NCBI GenBank assembly: GCA_018302985.1
Contig: JAGVZA010000002.1
Span: forward strand, 32,228-96,227
Direction of reading: 5' to 3'
Source: Candidatus Woesearchaeota archaeon
GTDB lineage: Archaea; Nanobdellota; Nanobdellia; SCGC-AAA011-G17; UBA489
DNA length: 64,000 bases
Each line of letters begins with the position of its first letter. The stretch's first letter is position 1. The notes beneath the pieces were generated by a model, which was not told where the DNA came from, searched no databases, and saw only the letters and a list, made by a program, of their open reading frames with translations. Positions 55,680-64,000 of the stretch are shown piece by piece. A program made the position numbers and the translations under genes.

Positions 55680-55721
55680 GCACAAGTAAATCTTATAAAG
55701 GAGGGTAGGTGCATCTCTCCT

Positions 55722-56012
55722 ATGACTACAGAACAAACAAATCCTAATCTAGATGAATATGATATTGTAATGGATAGAGAGGGATTAATTCTTTTAGCAA
55801 AGGAAGCAATAGGACCTGGCAACGAAAGTCCTCTTGTTCAATTAACTGCGGCCTTGCATAATCGTGGTATTAATCATGCATCAAATACAGTATGGGATTC
55901 TGAAACTGCAGGTCTTGTAGAACTATATCAAGTTGTATATGTTCCTAAAGAAGAATTAGTTCATGCAATACCTCTACAACTAAGATATCTCACACGTCAA
56001 CAGAGTGCTTAA
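55722..56012 (+). CDS. Hypothetical protein
   Basis: 96 aa ORF with TATA cttataaa about 25 bp upstream. Confidence 0.55.
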   Translation: MTTEQTNPNLDEYDIVMDREGLILLAKEAIGPGNESPLVQLTAALHNRGINHASNTVWDSETAGLVELYQVVYVPKEELVHAIPLQLRYLTRQQSA

Positions 56013-56094
56013 TTAAGCACATCTTTTTCTGTACACAAATAAAGATGTTGCAGCGACCAAAAGTGTTATTAAGCTGAAACTTCTCTGCTAAGCT

Positions 56095-56595
56095 ATGCCA
56101 GGGCAAAAGAAGGTGGTTATTAACGACGCTAAGATCAAGCAAGAATCCGTCGTCAATATGACTGAATTCTATAAAGCTCTTTTTAACTGGTTTGCAAATT
56201 ATGGATATGATTTTTCTGAGGATGAATACAATGAAAAAGATACTGGGAAAAACAAAGATCTTAAGATTTACTGGACTGCTGAGAAAAAAATGGATCTCTA
56301 CATCAAGTGGAGAATAGAACTTAGCATGCTTATTCTAGGATTGGAAAGTGTTGAAATTGATCGTAATGGTCTCAAGTTAAAGACGAACAAATGTTCTATA
56401 GAATTTAAGATTACTTCCTCAATGATTAAAGATTATGATGATAAATGGAGCAAAGGATTCATGGCTTTGTTTAGAAGACTGTATGATCAAGTCGTTGCTC
56501 GTCAAAGATATAACAAGATGGAAGATGAGTTAATCAGAGAGACTAATAAGCTTATTGATGAAATCAAGGCTTTCTTGAACTTGTATCAGGCATAA
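56095..56595 (+). CDS. Hypothetical protein (resembles DPANN-conserved proteins, from recollection)
   Basis: FY.AL..WF...GY...E..Y.EK...W...K..D.Y, DY..KW pattern; 3' end overlaps the photolyase end by 32 nt. Confidence 0.7.
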   Translation: MPGQKKVVINDAKIKQESVVNMTEFYKALFNWFANYGYDFSEDEYNEKDTGKNKDLKIYWTAEKKMDLYIKWRIELSMLILGLESVEIDRNGLKLKTNKCSIEFKITSSMIKDYDDKWSKGFMALFRRLYDQVVARQRYNKMEDELIRETNKLIDEIKAFLNLYQA

Positions 56596-58039
56596 TTTTT
56601 TCTACTGCAGCAAGATATCTTTGCATATTATATTTGCGCACTAGTCCAGACATATTCATCAAGCGCACTTTGCCAAAGATAGGTTTGGTAAACCAGGGTC
56701 TATCATGTAATCCTCCTAAAGCCCATGCAATGCCCGCATAACCATTTGGATCTCGTCCATCTAAGGAATATTTATCATTCAAATATACCGCGATCTTAAA
56801 CGCGTCTTGAGGTCGTTTTGTCCAGGTCAGAAGTTGTTTGCACCAGTACATGCGCATGAAACCATGCATGCTTCCAGTATAGACCATTTCTAATTGAGCA
56901 GCATTCCAATAAGGATCATGAGTTTGTGCTCGTTCCAATTGTTCTTTGGTATACAGATAAAGTCTCTTGTCTTGTTTATGTTCTTGCAAGGTTTTTCTGC
57001 TCCAGACTGGCATGCCTTGATAGGTTGCATGTTTTTTATTGAAATGACAAAAATTATACGCTAGATCTCTGCGCACAATAAGTTGATCAAAATAAATGTG
57101 TATTGCATCAGGACTTATCAGACTTTTAAAAAGACGATCCACGCTCAGTTTTTTGTGCTGTAAAATCTGTCTGGCTATAGCAATAGGTGAAATCATCCCA
57201 AAATGAAGATAAGGCGATAAGTGTGATGTTCTTTGTAAAGTTGGGTCATCTTTGGTAACTTCATAAGTATCTAAATTATGAGCAATAAAATAAGTAAGTT
57301 TTTCTTGTGCTGCAGTCTCTCCACCTTTGAAAGCACTAGGTCTTACAGTGTGATCTATCGATGATCTGCTGACTTCCTTAGCGACATCAAAATCTGGAGG
57401 TAGAAAATACTCTGGATAGACAAACGGCTTTTTGTTGAGCAATACAGGATTAGTAACATCTTCCAAGGCTTCTGCTAAGACTTTATGAATCTTGGATCTG
57501 ATAGTAGCAGCGCTCCATTTTTGTTTGTCAAAAAAGCGCATAGGCACAGTAGTGCAGGAATCAACAACATAATGACTCATCAAACAGCGTTGAGTAACAG
57601 TAGTATTTTCAAGAGGAGTCACAAAAGAAGGATAATCATCACTTACAAGACAAATTGCTTTTTTCAGGAAAGTATCTAGTGCAGGTTGTTTTTTCCCGCG
57701 AACTAAATAAAATCCATAATTAATACCTAGTTTCTTAAATCGTTGATAGAGTTCTTTCACTCCTTCTAAAATGAAAGTATACGTGCGATCAGAAGCATAA
57801 GGATAATCTTCGTCTAAGGCATGGTAGACAACTAAAGGAACTTTATATCTATTCGCTTGCTCAATCGCAAACTGCAAGGCAAAGTTAAAAGTTGTTCTTT
57901 GCGTCATCTGCATCCAATACAAGACATAGTCTCCAGTAGGATCATCTTGTTTGCTATTCAAGAGAAAAATGCGTTTTTGTCCTAGTCCTCGCAATCGTTG
58001 AATGTCTTTTGTTTTCCAAAATGGAAGATTGGAGGGCAT
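56564..58039 (-). CDS. phr: Class II CPD photolyase
   Basis: VLYWMQ..QR...N.AL, SHLSPYLHFG.IS, L.VRR.L..NF, THDPYWNA.Q, G.MHGFMRMYW.K, YSLDGRDPNG, HDRPW. Confidence 0.93.
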   Translation of the reverse strand: MPSNLPFWKTKDIQRLRGLGQKRIFLLNSKQDDPTGDYVLYWMQMTQRTTFNFALQFAIEQANRYKVPLVVYHALDEDYPYASDRTYTFILEGVKELYQRFKKLGINYGFYLVRGKKQPALDTFLKKAICLVSDDYPSFVTPLENTTVTQRCLMSHYVVDSCTTVPMRFFDKQKWSAATIRSKIHKVLAEALEDVTNPVLLNKKPFVYPEYFLPPDFDVAKEVSRSSIDHTVRPSAFKGGETAAQEKLTYFIAHNLDTYEVTKDDPTLQRTSHLSPYLHFGMISPIAIARQILQHKKLSVDRLFKSLISPDAIHIYFDQLIVRRDLAYNFCHFNKKHATYQGMPVWSRKTLQEHKQDKRLYLYTKEQLERAQTHDPYWNAAQLEMVYTGSMHGFMRMYWCKQLLTWTKRPQDAFKIAVYLNDKYSLDGRDPNGYAGIAWALGGLHDRPWFTKPIFGKVRLMNMSGLVRKYNMQRYLAAVEKIMPDTSSRKP

Positions 58040-58042
58040 GGG

Positions 58043-58426
58043 TTAAGAAACTATCAATTTGACAAAATCAATTTTTTTGCTTGTTTGCAGTTTCTGAAGA
58101 AGTTTTTTGATAAGAGTAGCATCTCCTTGTACCATAAAAGTTTCAAGACAGTGTTCATTTGCTAAATGGGTATGAAAATGCGTTTTAATTAGATCACGAT
58201 ACTCATGACGAAGAGCTGAAACTTCCTTGGAATGTTGATCTTTATGAGTAACTAATAATACTCCCTCAACTTTTCCCTTAAGATGTGCTTGTGTTTTATG
58301 TTCTGTCAGCAAGCTGCGTAAACCTGCCCGAATAATCTCACTGCGTCCAGTGAACCCTAGTGCAGTCTGTAGCTGATCAATCTCTTGTAAAAGGTCATCT
58401 GGTAAGGACATGCTGATGATAGTCAT
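58043..58426 (-). CDS. NikR-like (RHH + ACT) metal-responsive regulator
   Basis: IISMSL, GFTGRSEIIRAGLR, H...THFHTHL...HCLE. Confidence 0.88.
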   Translation of the reverse strand: MTIISMSLPDDLLQEIDQLQTALGFTGRSEIIRAGLRSLLTEHKTQAHLKGKVEGVLLVTHKDQHSKEVSALRHEYRDLIKTHFHTHLANEHCLETFMVQGDATLIKKLLQKLQTSKKIDFVKLIVS

Positions 58427-58457
58427 AGAAGAAATGAGCAGTCTTAGTTTATAAGGT

Positions 58458-58486
58458 TTATTAAGAAAAAGCGTGAAACTTAGTAA
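58458..58486. promoter_or_regulatory. Putative NikR-like operator
   Basis: TTATTA-N17-TAGTAA (extends to TTATTAAG-N13-CTTAGTAA) upstream of the regulator. Confidence 0.55.
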
Positions 58487-58876
58487 CTATTTTTTTCTCG
58501 CAAAAGCATCTAATAAAAGTAATCCAACACCTATCACATTAAAACTATCAGCAAGATTAAAGCTAGGCCAGAAAGGAACATGAATAAAATCAATCACATA
58601 CCCATAGAAAACACGATCTAATAAATTACCTAAAGTGCCCCCCAAAAGAAAACCTAAAGCAAGTTGATATTCATGACTATAATACACAAGCACAGCAATC
58701 ACTACTACGGCTATAAAAATTAAAAGCCAAGTTTGTCCTTGAAGAATTCCGAAGGCAGCACCAGTATTTGTAGTATATCTAAATCCATTATTTACAACAA
58801 AAGATTTGCTAAAGTGATCCAGAAGAAAAACTACTAAGCCAGTCACATAAAATAACCAAGGTATGGATTTTACCAT
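58487..58876 (-). CDS. lspA: Lipoprotein signal peptidase II
   Basis: LD..SK, NTGAAFG, GG..GN..DR...G.VIDFI, WP.FNLADS. Confidence 0.92.
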   Translation of the reverse strand: MVKSIPWLFYVTGLVVFLLDHFSKSFVVNNGFRYTTNTGAAFGILQGQTWLLIFIAVVVIAVLVYYSHEYQLALGFLLGGTLGNLLDRVFYGYVIDFIHVPFWPSFNLADSFNVIGVGLLLLDAFARKK

Positions 58877-59193
58877 CGTCGTACAGTTTGATAAGCTGGT
58901 GATTGTGATGATTGTTGCTGGCCGCGTAATGCTTGTTCAATCTTTTCTAAACGAAGATTCACTTGTTCTAAACGCGCAGCAAGGACGTCTAATTTTGCTA
59001 TAATAGTTTGTGATTCTGCTGCCATAATACTCTGCGGTCGTTCTAAAGAAGGAGGAGGCATTAAGCCTGTTAAAGGTGATAAAGGTTCACGAAAAGCTTC
59101 TGCAGCTTGAAAAGAACTTTCTTGCCAGGCAGCACCATTAAGTATGGGTGATTGAACTGCTTCCTTCTTTTTGAATAAACTAAAAATACCCAT
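58870..59193 (-). CDS. Hypothetical protein with C-terminal coiled coil
   Basis: MGIFSLFKKK...II.KLD.L.A.LE.VN.RLEKIE; overlaps the lspA start. Confidence 0.7.
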   Translation of the reverse strand: MGIFSLFKKKEAVQSPILNGAAWQESSFQAAEAFREPLSPLTGLMPPPSLERPQSIMAAESQTIIAKLDVLAARLEQVNLRLEKIEQALRGQQQSSQSPAYQTVRRW

Positions 59194-59288
59194 AGGAAAA
59201 AGGATGCTAAGGAGTTTAAATAGCTTCTTGTTAAAAATCTAGCAACCACAAAACCTTTAAATGTGAGAACTTCACCCATAAAGAACAC

Positions 59289-60746
59289 ATGGCAGATTTG
59301 GTGACAGCACAGTTTGAAAAAAAAGAAGGAAAAGATCCTAAAGGAGATCTAGCTAAAAATAAAGTGCTTGCTCCAGGTAAGTTTGGTTTAGGCAAAGCAC
59401 AATATCGCATGGTTATTGATTCTCCTGTTGCTGGTGTCGAAGGCATTTATTTCTGGATTATTCATAATATGGAAGACAAGCCCCCCTTCGGTTTCAATTA
59501 TACTGGAGAAACTGGAGAAATAAAAAAAATTAAAGATATTTATACTGCAGGAGAAACTTCTTCTTATTGGGGTATGTCAGAGCAGAGAAAAGGTGTACAG
59601 CAGGATAAATTCCAGCAGCTCATGGCCAATGTCGGTCAGCTCCTCAAAACATTATTTCAGCTATTAAGAGAATTACGTATCATCGAAGAACGTCTCGAAT
59701 TCTATAAGAAGAGCGAAGCAGGAGATAGAAGTTCAGAAGTTGCCTTAAAGAGTATTTGGGTAGATTTAGTGGAAGGTGGTTCAAAGAATGCAGCTTCAGT
59801 CCTAGGTTTAGGAACACAAGTAGGATTTGTTACTTTGCCAGATTTATTCTTTTCAGTCCATCCAAAAACGCCAGGAGATGTTGATCGTGAAGTAGACAAG
59901 TTAGAAAAAGGTGGCTTTAACAGAAAAGTGCGTGAAGTCTTGGGAAGAAAGCTTACACAGTATCTCACTTGGAAAGAAAAAACCTATAAGGAATTAAGAC
60001 AAGGATATGAGTTCAAGTTAAAATATTTGCGCCAGCATTATCATGTGATTAAATTATATCTCAATTGGCTTCGTCCCTATCTCCAGAATGTCCAAAGATT
60101 ACAAATGCAAGATACCAGACATGACAAGGAAATTATTGCAGCCTTTGAGACATCACGAATACAATTGGAAGTAATAGGCATCAAGAGACAATATGAAGAG
60201 GACGGTGAATATGGTAAGCAGCTCAAGAAATTCGAAGAGTTCTTTCCGGTAGTTCGTGTAAAAATAGATCATGTTGCAATGCCTGAAATAGCATATCAGA
60301 CTGAAGGACAGCGCGGTGCTATTCATAGGGGAAGAACTATTTTGACTATTGAAGCTTTTGTTGCGCAAGTAGTAAAAGATAGCGATGGGAATATTATCAG
60401 AGATGATATTAAAGAGTATGAGCAGAAATTAGAAGGAGAGGATATGGAGCTTTTGGCAGCCGTCGATGCCTCTATTTTAGCATTAAAAGATGATCTAGAA
60501 TATTATCTGATTCAAGGCGGCGATATCAAGAAAAAAGAAGAGGAGGAAGCAAAAAAAGATGGTCCGTTCAATCCTTTCAAGCACCTCTTTCTAGGTTTCA
60601 AAGAATTAGCACAAATCCCAACTAAAAACAGGGGAAAGAAAAGCAAGAATTTAGGTGAGAAAGGATCAGCAGAAAAAATAGCAAAGTCAGACGCTTATAT
60701 AATATATAATCTCTACAAAAAAACACACGGTATGTTTGCAGAATAG
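59289..60746 (+). CDS. Hypothetical protein (resembles DPANN-conserved proteins, from recollection)
   Basis: 485 aa; S.YWG...QR...QQ, LKSIW.D.V.G, LY..W..PYL, Y..YKK.HGM. Confidence 0.75.
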   Translation: MADLVTAQFEKKEGKDPKGDLAKNKVLAPGKFGLGKAQYRMVIDSPVAGVEGIYFWIIHNMEDKPPFGFNYTGETGEIKKIKDIYTAGETSSYWGMSEQRKGVQQDKFQQLMANVGQLLKTLFQLLRELRIIEERLEFYKKSEAGDRSSEVALKSIWVDLVEGGSKNAASVLGLGTQVGFVTLPDLFFSVHPKTPGDVDREVDKLEKGGFNRKVREVLGRKLTQYLTWKEKTYKELRQGYEFKLKYLRQHYHVIKLYLNWLRPYLQNVQRLQMQDTRHDKEIIAAFETSRIQLEVIGIKRQYEEDGEYGKQLKKFEEFFPVVRVKIDHVAMPEIAYQTEGQRGAIHRGRTILTIEAFVAQVVKDSDGNIIRDDIKEYEQKLEGEDMELLAAVDASILALKDDLEYYLIQGGDIKKKEEEEAKKDGPFNPFKHLFLGFKELAQIPTKNRGKKSKNLGEKGSAEKIAKSDAYIIYNLYKKTHGMFAE

Positions 60747-60748
60747 TG

Positions 60749-60810
60749 TTATTAAGTCTTTATAAATAAAATAATAAAATGTTATTAAGAAAATGCTTAA
60801 ATAGTAATAA
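60749..60810. promoter_or_regulatory. Two tandem TTATTA-N17-TAATAA operators in the ZIP promoter
   Basis: 60749-60777 (spans the TATA-like tttataaa) and 60782-60810, both with perfect inverted half-sites. Confidence 0.6.
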
Positions 60811-60832
60811 GAAAGAGATGTGATGTTGTAGT

Positions 60833-61612
60833 ATGAATGAAATGTTGGTCTATGCATTGGGAAGTGTTTTGCTCTCAAGTGTACTCTCTTTAATTGGAGT
60901 GATAACTTTCTTTGTTCGCTCCTCATTTCTCAAGCATCATCTTATTTATTTAGTAAGTTTTGGTGCAGGTGCATTGTTTGGTGACGCATTTATTCATCTC
61001 TTGCCTGAAAGCGTAGAAGCAGTGGGCGGATTCACTTTAGCTATATCTGTACCTATCCTCTTGGGAATCGTACTCTCTTTCATAGTAGAGAAGTTTGTAC
61101 ATTGGCACCATTGCCATCATATTAATCATGCAGGTCATAAACATCATTTAGATCATCAGCAGCGAGGGAGTACTTTAGCGACAATGAATTTGTTCGGCGA
61201 TGCTACACATAACTTTATCGATGGTGTTATTATTGCTGCTAGCTATCTAGTAAGCATTCCAGTAGGTATTGCAACTACTATTGCAGTCTTGTTGCATGAA
61301 TTGCCTCAAGAATTAGGAGACTTCGGTATTCTTTTACATACGGGCATGTCCAAAGGAAAAGCACTTTGGTATAATTTCTTGGTAAGTCTTACTGCTATAG
61401 CAGGTGTATTGATAGCATTTTTCCTAAATAATTATATAGGAGGATTAACACAGTTCTTATTGCCTTTCTCAGCAGGCGCTTTCATCTATATTGCTGGCTC
61501 AGACCTCATTCCAGAGCTCCATCATGAAATTAAAGTAGAACGTTCCATTATGCAATTAGCTATGTTTATTTTAGGTGTTATTATAATGCTTACTTTATTA
61601 CTTTTAGAATAA
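60833..61612 (+). CDS. ZIP family metal (zinc) transporter
   Basis: GAL.GDAF.HLLPE, His-rich loop, D..HNF.DG, HE.PQE.GDF, G.FIYIA..DL.PE. Confidence 0.94.
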   Translation: MNEMLVYALGSVLLSSVLSLIGVITFFVRSSFLKHHLIYLVSFGAGALFGDAFIHLLPESVEAVGGFTLAISVPILLGIVLSFIVEKFVHWHHCHHINHAGHKHHLDHQQRGSTLATMNLFGDATHNFIDGVIIAASYLVSIPVGIATTIAVLLHELPQELGDFGILLHTGMSKGKALWYNFLVSLTAIAGVLIAFFLNNYIGGLTQFLLPFSAGAFIYIAGSDLIPELHHEIKVERSIMQLAMFILGVIIMLTLLLLE

Positions 61613-61786
61613 CTACAGAAATTCCCAGAGAAAATTTTCTTCTTCGGGGTTATAAAAAGTTAAAGGATGGTTCTCATGTAAATGAATTGTTCTTAACATA
61701 TATTCTAACCAGTCATACTTTGGTAATTCTTTTCCTTCATTCATAAGCAGATAAGCATCCTCGTTGGTATCGCCTGTGTATTCCAT
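61613..61786 (-). CDS. 57 aa acidic microprotein
   Basis: SD GAGGTGA precedes ATG 61786 (MEYTGDTNEDAY...). Confidence 0.6.
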   Translation of the reverse strand: MEYTGDTNEDAYLLMNEGKELPKYDWLEYMLRTIHLHENHPLTFYNPEEENFLWEFL

Positions 61787-61913
61787 AATCGTCACCTCAC
61801 ATGTTGATATAAGGAAACAGAGTTGTACAAGTATATACATATTTTTGACCAATAATTGTCCGTAGTGTTGTACAAAAGAAAAGGCTTAAATAAATCTACA
61901 CATGAGTTAAAAT

Positions 61914-62750
61914 ATGCTTACAGCAGAAACTATTAAGAAAATAGAAGATGCAGTCTATAGTAAGCCTCGTTCTGTCCAGGAAATAGCTCAGCTCATCAAA
62001 AAGAACTGGAGAACAGCAGATCGTTATATTGAACAAATAGAAAAAGAATTTGGCACAATAGCAACAAGAACATTTAGAGAAGGAACTAGAGGTTCTTTAA
62101 AGATAGTCTATTGGGCTGCCGTAGAAAATATCAGCCATTCCATCATCCAGCAAAAACTTGAAGAAACTATAATGCAGGCAAAGAAAAAAGAAGAGTTTTC
62201 AGCATTTGATATCTATCAATACATTGCAGACACTCAAAAAGAAGTCTCTCTGGAAGAAGGAAAAGAAGAAGGAGAAAAAAACGTAGAAGAGCTCGTCAAG
62301 TATCTCAGGCAGGCAAAAAAACAAGTCTTTATTTTTTCAGGAAATCTTTCTTTAGTAAATCTCAAGAAAAAAGATGCAGATCTGTTTGCATGTCTAGAAC
62401 AGTTAGTAAAACAAAAAATACCTATTAAAATTATCGCACGAGTGGATATTGCTGGAAAAGAAAATGTAGAAAAAATGTTGTCCCTAAATTTTAAATATGG
62501 AAAAGAAATGGTGGAAATTCATCATCGCGATCAACCCTTAAGAGCATTCATCATAGATAACAAAGTCATTCGCATAAAAGAAGTAAGTGAACCCACAGGA
62601 AAACTCAATGAGTTAAACAAAAGAATGTTCCTCTATTATACTATCAAGGATAAAGAATGGACAGAATGGTTGACAAAACTCTTTTGGAAAATGTTCTCAA
62701 CGGCAATTGCAGCAGAAAAACGCCTGGAAGAAATGAGAAAAATTCTCTAA
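61914..62750 (+). CDS. HTH regulator with C-terminal TrmB/PLD-like domain
   Basis: PRSVQEIA.....NWRTA.RY; AKKQVFIFSG...IKII...RAFIIDNK. Confidence 0.6.
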   Translation: MLTAETIKKIEDAVYSKPRSVQEIAQLIKKNWRTADRYIEQIEKEFGTIATRTFREGTRGSLKIVYWAAVENISHSIIQQKLEETIMQAKKKEEFSAFDIYQYIADTQKEVSLEEGKEEGEKNVEELVKYLRQAKKQVFIFSGNLSLVNLKKKDADLFACLEQLVKQKIPIKIIARVDIAGKENVEKMLSLNFKYGKEMVEIHHRDQPLRAFIIDNKVIRIKEVSEPTGKLNELNKRMFLYYTIKDKEWTEWLTKLFWKMFSTAIAAEKRLEEMRKIL

Positions 62751-62787
62751 ACAGCATCTTTTTATAGCAAACAACAATCCTCAACAT

Positions 62788-63714
62788 ATGCACTTTCCAA
62801 AAGTAAAAAATCGATTCTTTTTAGCGCCTATGGTCGATGTCAGTAATCTAGCCTTTAGACTCTTATGTAGGAAATATGGCGCATCCATGGCATATACAGA
62901 GCAGTTATCCTCTTTAGCCATCCTCAGAGAAAATACAAGAACGTTAAAACTAGCAGAAACTAATGAGCAAGATAAGCCTGTAGGATTGCAATTGTTTGGT
63001 CGTAATCCAGAAATTTTAGTAGAAGCAGCAAATAAACTCAAAAAGAATTTCGATGTCATAGATTTGAATCTAGGTTGTCCCTCAAAGAAAATAGTTGCTC
63101 AAGGATATGGGTCAGCTTTGTTAAAAGAAAAAGACAAAGTCAAAGAAATTATTGAAGCATTAGTCAGTGGAGTCAACAAACCTATTACAGTCAAAATGCG
63201 TTCTGGCTTTCAGAAAGTAGAAGCTTTAGAATTAGTAAAAGTAGTTGAAAAAGCAGGAGCATGTGCTTTAACCATCCATGCTAGAACACAAGAACAACAA
63301 TACTCAGGAAAAGCAGATTGGAATCTCATCAAGCAAGTGAAGCAAGCAGTAAGTATTCCTGTCATTGGCAATGGCGATGTAGACAGTCCGCAAAAAGCAC
63401 TCCAATTATTGGAAGAAACTAAATGTGATTATATCATGATCGGTCGTGCTGCGCAGCATAATCCTATGATCTTCAAAAATATTCTCCACTATGAAAAAAC
63501 TAATGAATTTCTGGAGCAAACAACACAGGAAAAACTAGATCTCTGTTTTGAGTATGCGCAACTAGATACAGAAGGCTCCTTTGTCCGCTTGAAACAGATT
63601 TGTCAATATTTCACCAAAGGCATTACTAACGGCGCTAGACTGCGAGAAAAGCTCAATACAGCAAGGTCAAAAGAAGACATCCTAAATATACTAAAAGTAA
63701 CTACTTATAAGTAA
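62788..63714 (+). CDS. tRNA-dihydrouridine synthase (DusB-like)
   Basis: LAPM, QLFG, IDLNLGCP, G.GSAL, TVKMR.G, IHART, ADW, IGNGDV, MIGR. Confidence 0.93.
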   Translation: MHFPKVKNRFFLAPMVDVSNLAFRLLCRKYGASMAYTEQLSSLAILRENTRTLKLAETNEQDKPVGLQLFGRNPEILVEAANKLKKNFDVIDLNLGCPSKKIVAQGYGSALLKEKDKVKEIIEALVSGVNKPITVKMRSGFQKVEALELVKVVEKAGACALTIHARTQEQQYSGKADWNLIKQVKQAVSIPVIGNGDVDSPQKALQLLEETKCDYIMIGRAAQHNPMIFKNILHYEKTNEFLEQTTQEKLDLCFEYAQLDTEGSFVRLKQICQYFTKGITNGARLREKLNTARSKEDILNILKVTTYK

Positions 63715-63825
63715 CTACTAATAGAAAGCTTTATAAATGAGAAAAGAGATACTAGTTAGATAAAAAAGGGCTTCACCAGTACTTTAGAGTATAGTTCTTT
63801 ACAAACAACTACGGAGAAATAAACA

Positions 63826-64000
63826 ATGACTGAAAAACTTTTTATCGCATCCGATATTCATGACGACGTAGAAGCTTTAGAAGTATTTGTAGATTTTGCA
63901 CAAGCACAACAAGCAGATCGTATATTGCTTCTTGGTGACTTAAGTCTACGTCCTTACACTGCTCAAGATTTACAAAATTTAGTTGCCCAAGAGACAGCAC
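63826..64000 (+). CDS. Metallophosphoesterase, 3'-truncated by window edge
   Basis: IASDIHDD..AL...ADRILLLGDL. Confidence 0.8.
   Translation, partial: MTEKLFIASDIHDDVEALEVFVDFAQAQQADRILLLGDLSLRPYTAQDLQNLVAQETA

Noticed and set aside
56066-56094. Fourth NikR-like box (TTATTAAG) upstream of 56095
   Set aside because: No matching half-site 17 bp downstream; the position fits an ordinary TATA box.
938-63059. Many 60-150 aa ORFs in the track that are antisense to or nested in long genes (e.g. 2629-2994, 6148-6582, 36889-37203, 55439-55822)
   Set aside because: They are shadows of well-supported genes, with no motifs or promoters.

Overview
AT-rich, gene-dense window from an archaeon, most likely a DPANN (Woesearchaeota-like) genome. 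This is an inference from a class I archaeal CCA-adding enzyme, tRNA genes without encoded CCA, TATA-type and largely leaderless promoters, and a type IV pilus locus with class III signal peptides. Contents in order: the end of livF, a type IV pilus/Tad locus, an RsmB/NOP2 methyltransferase, tRNA-Gly(GCC) followed by toxin-antitoxin-like genes, redox genes (MsrP-like, ferredoxin, U32, B12 radical SAM, pirin, nitroreductase), a VKOR-thioredoxin-CcdA operon, a MoxR/VWA pair, and a ~16 kb bacterial-type purine cluster (purC, purB, split purH, purE, guaB, purA, purL, purQ, purM-like, purN-like) interrupted by an ECF sigma-factor gene and a secreted papain-fold protein. Then come an RHH-led operon of two very large unknown proteins, tRNA-Val(TAC), DNA repair genes, cca, lspA, a NikR-like regulator, a ZIP transporter and a Dus enzyme. 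Strongest candidates for something undescribed: (1) a dispersed, strand-polar intergenic element with CG motifs phased at 21/11/21 bp, often next to TA-like genes; (2) bacterial sigma-factor-derived genes, the ECF one behind an archaeal TATA promoter; (3) the RHH plus 1059 aa repeat protein plus 793 aa protein operon; (4) a TTATTA-N17-TAATAA NikR-like regulon; (5) a stand-alone UUCG hairpin RNA candidate. No CRISPR array, rRNA, integrase or transposase was recognised. All family calls are from motif recognition, not database searches.
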